In this document: positions 33,990-34,593 of the stretch, piece by piece
Position numbering within the stretch: the stretch's first letter is position 1
Layout of the letters: every line of letters starts with the position of its first letter
Source of the DNA: an uncultured Bdellovibrio sp.
GTDB lineage: Bacteria > Bdellovibrionota > UBA1018 > CAIMNF01
Assembly (NCBI GenBank): GCA_964654965.1
Contig: CAZZLF010000002.1
Location: forward strand, 1-34,593
Reading direction: 5' to 3'
Length of the DNA: 34,593 nt
Made by a program: the position numbers and the translations under genes
The notes under the pieces: generated by a model
Databases searched by the model: none
Seen by the model: only the letters and a program-made list of their open reading frames with translations
What the model was told of the DNA's origin: nothing

Positions 33990-34592
33990 ATGAAGTTGGC
34001 AGTATTGATGTTAGGGATGATGGTAGTAACAGCGGGAAGTGCTCATGCGTTTGGGAGTTCCCGTTCCAGTTCTGGAGGAAGTGTAACGACAGTTTCCCCA
34101 GAACCATTGATGACGGCACCGAATGAGGATCTCGGAACCGGTGGGCTAAATGTCGTGATTCAAAGCGCGAAGAATTTCAATGACACCGATATGGCTCATT
34201 TGCTGGAATCAAAAGCAGTACTCGAAAGAATCGTGAATTCAGAAGAGTTTAAACAGCGAGTCTTGCACTTTACTTATGGAGGGCAGGAGACATTTGTTCA
34301 GAATAATGGTCTGACCAACTTGCAGATTTATAATCTGATTTTGATGGGGGCGGAACGACTGCCTTCTCTGACAGAACCCAATCATGTGATGGATCTTTCT
34401 GTTCAGCTCTATACTTCCAGTTATTTTGGACGAAATGTGGTGGGGTATACTACTCCTTCAACCTCGACGATCTACATGAATACCTACTTTTATCGTTGGG
34501 CTACGCCGGGTGAAACGGCCGCGAATATGATCCATGAGTGGATGCATAAGATTGGATTTGATCATGATTATAACGCCACTGCGAGAAGGCCT
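33990..34592 (+). CDS. Secreted metzincin-type zinc metalloprotease (3' end beyond the window; absent from the ORF track because no stop is reached)
   Basis: I translated it by hand. SD AGGAG lies 8 nt before the ATG. The signal peptide is MKLAVLMLGMMVVTAGSAHA. The HEWMHKIGFDH motif at 34533-34565 fits HExxHxxGxxH. The frame is open to the window end. Confidence 0.7.
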   Translation, partial: MKLAVLMLGMMVVTAGSAHAFGSSRSSSGGSVTTVSPEPLMTAPNEDLGTGGLNVVIQSAKNFNDTDMAHLLESKAVLERIVNSEEFKQRVLHFTYGGQETFVQNNGLTNLQIYNLILMGAERLPSLTEPNHVMDLSVQLYTSSYFGRNVVGYTTPSTSTIYMNTYFYRWATPGETAANMIHEWMHKIGFDHDYNATARRP

Positions 34593-34593
34593 T

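Noticed and set aside
1-34593. Search by eye for CRISPR arrays, tRNA/rRNA genes, IS elements/transposases, integrases, prophage or defence/toxin-antitoxin modules, and long direct or inverted repeats
   Set aside because: None was found. Every ORF over 100 aa outside shadow frames is accounted for by flagellar, T2SS, PilZ-like, Flp, acyl-CoA dehydrogenase or protease assignments. Intergenic regions are short (at most ~300 nt).

Overview
The window is almost entirely coding and holds two large envelope-machine loci.

(1) nt 1-15328, + strand: a flagellar hook and export-apparatus cluster in Bacillus/spirochaete-like order. The order is fliK(partial)-flgD-(TIGR02530-like 'flagellar operon protein')-flgE-fliL-fliM-fliN-fliO-fliP-fliQ-fliR-flhB-flhA-flhF-fliA. 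No flhG lies between flhF and fliA. flgE appears to be its own transcription unit, with a promoter and structured leader upstream and a strong hairpin downstream.

(2) nt 15335-16147: a small AT-rich island with a degenerate PilZ-like gene on the - strand, convergent with and abutting fliA. It also carries an orphan Flp-type (G/XXXXEY) prepilin gene on the + strand.

(3) nt 16211-31774, - strand: a complete type II secretion operon, gspC-D-E-F-G-H-I-J-K-L-M-N. Two uncharacterised envelope genes (a lipoprotein and a beta-barrel OMP) are tightly appended, and no gspO prepilin peptidase is present.

(4) nt 31947-33692, + strand: a long (VLCAD/ACAD9-like) acyl-CoA dehydrogenase. A 5'-partial-free but 3'-truncated secreted metzincin-type metalloprotease starts at 33990.

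I saw no rRNA, tRNA, CRISPR array, transposase, integrase or long repeat, and no obvious defence or toxin system.

The most unusual points:
- The T2SS-appended lipoprotein/barrel pair.
- An intact tandem MshEN c-di-GMP motif in GspE.
- CsrA-consensus GGA hairpins in the flhA and flgE leaders.
- A FliO with a long periplasmic N-terminal domain.
- An FlhF with degenerate GTPase motifs and no FlhG.
- A sigma28 with a ~90-aa N-terminal extension.
- A fliA/pilZ-like convergent arrangement whose only visible + strand terminator lies beyond the antisense gene.

Gene content and order suggest a Bdellovibrionota-like or related organism. The supporting points are the TIGR02530-like gene between flgD and flgE, the long GspN/GspL, and the moderately AT-rich sequence. 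This placement is inference only.
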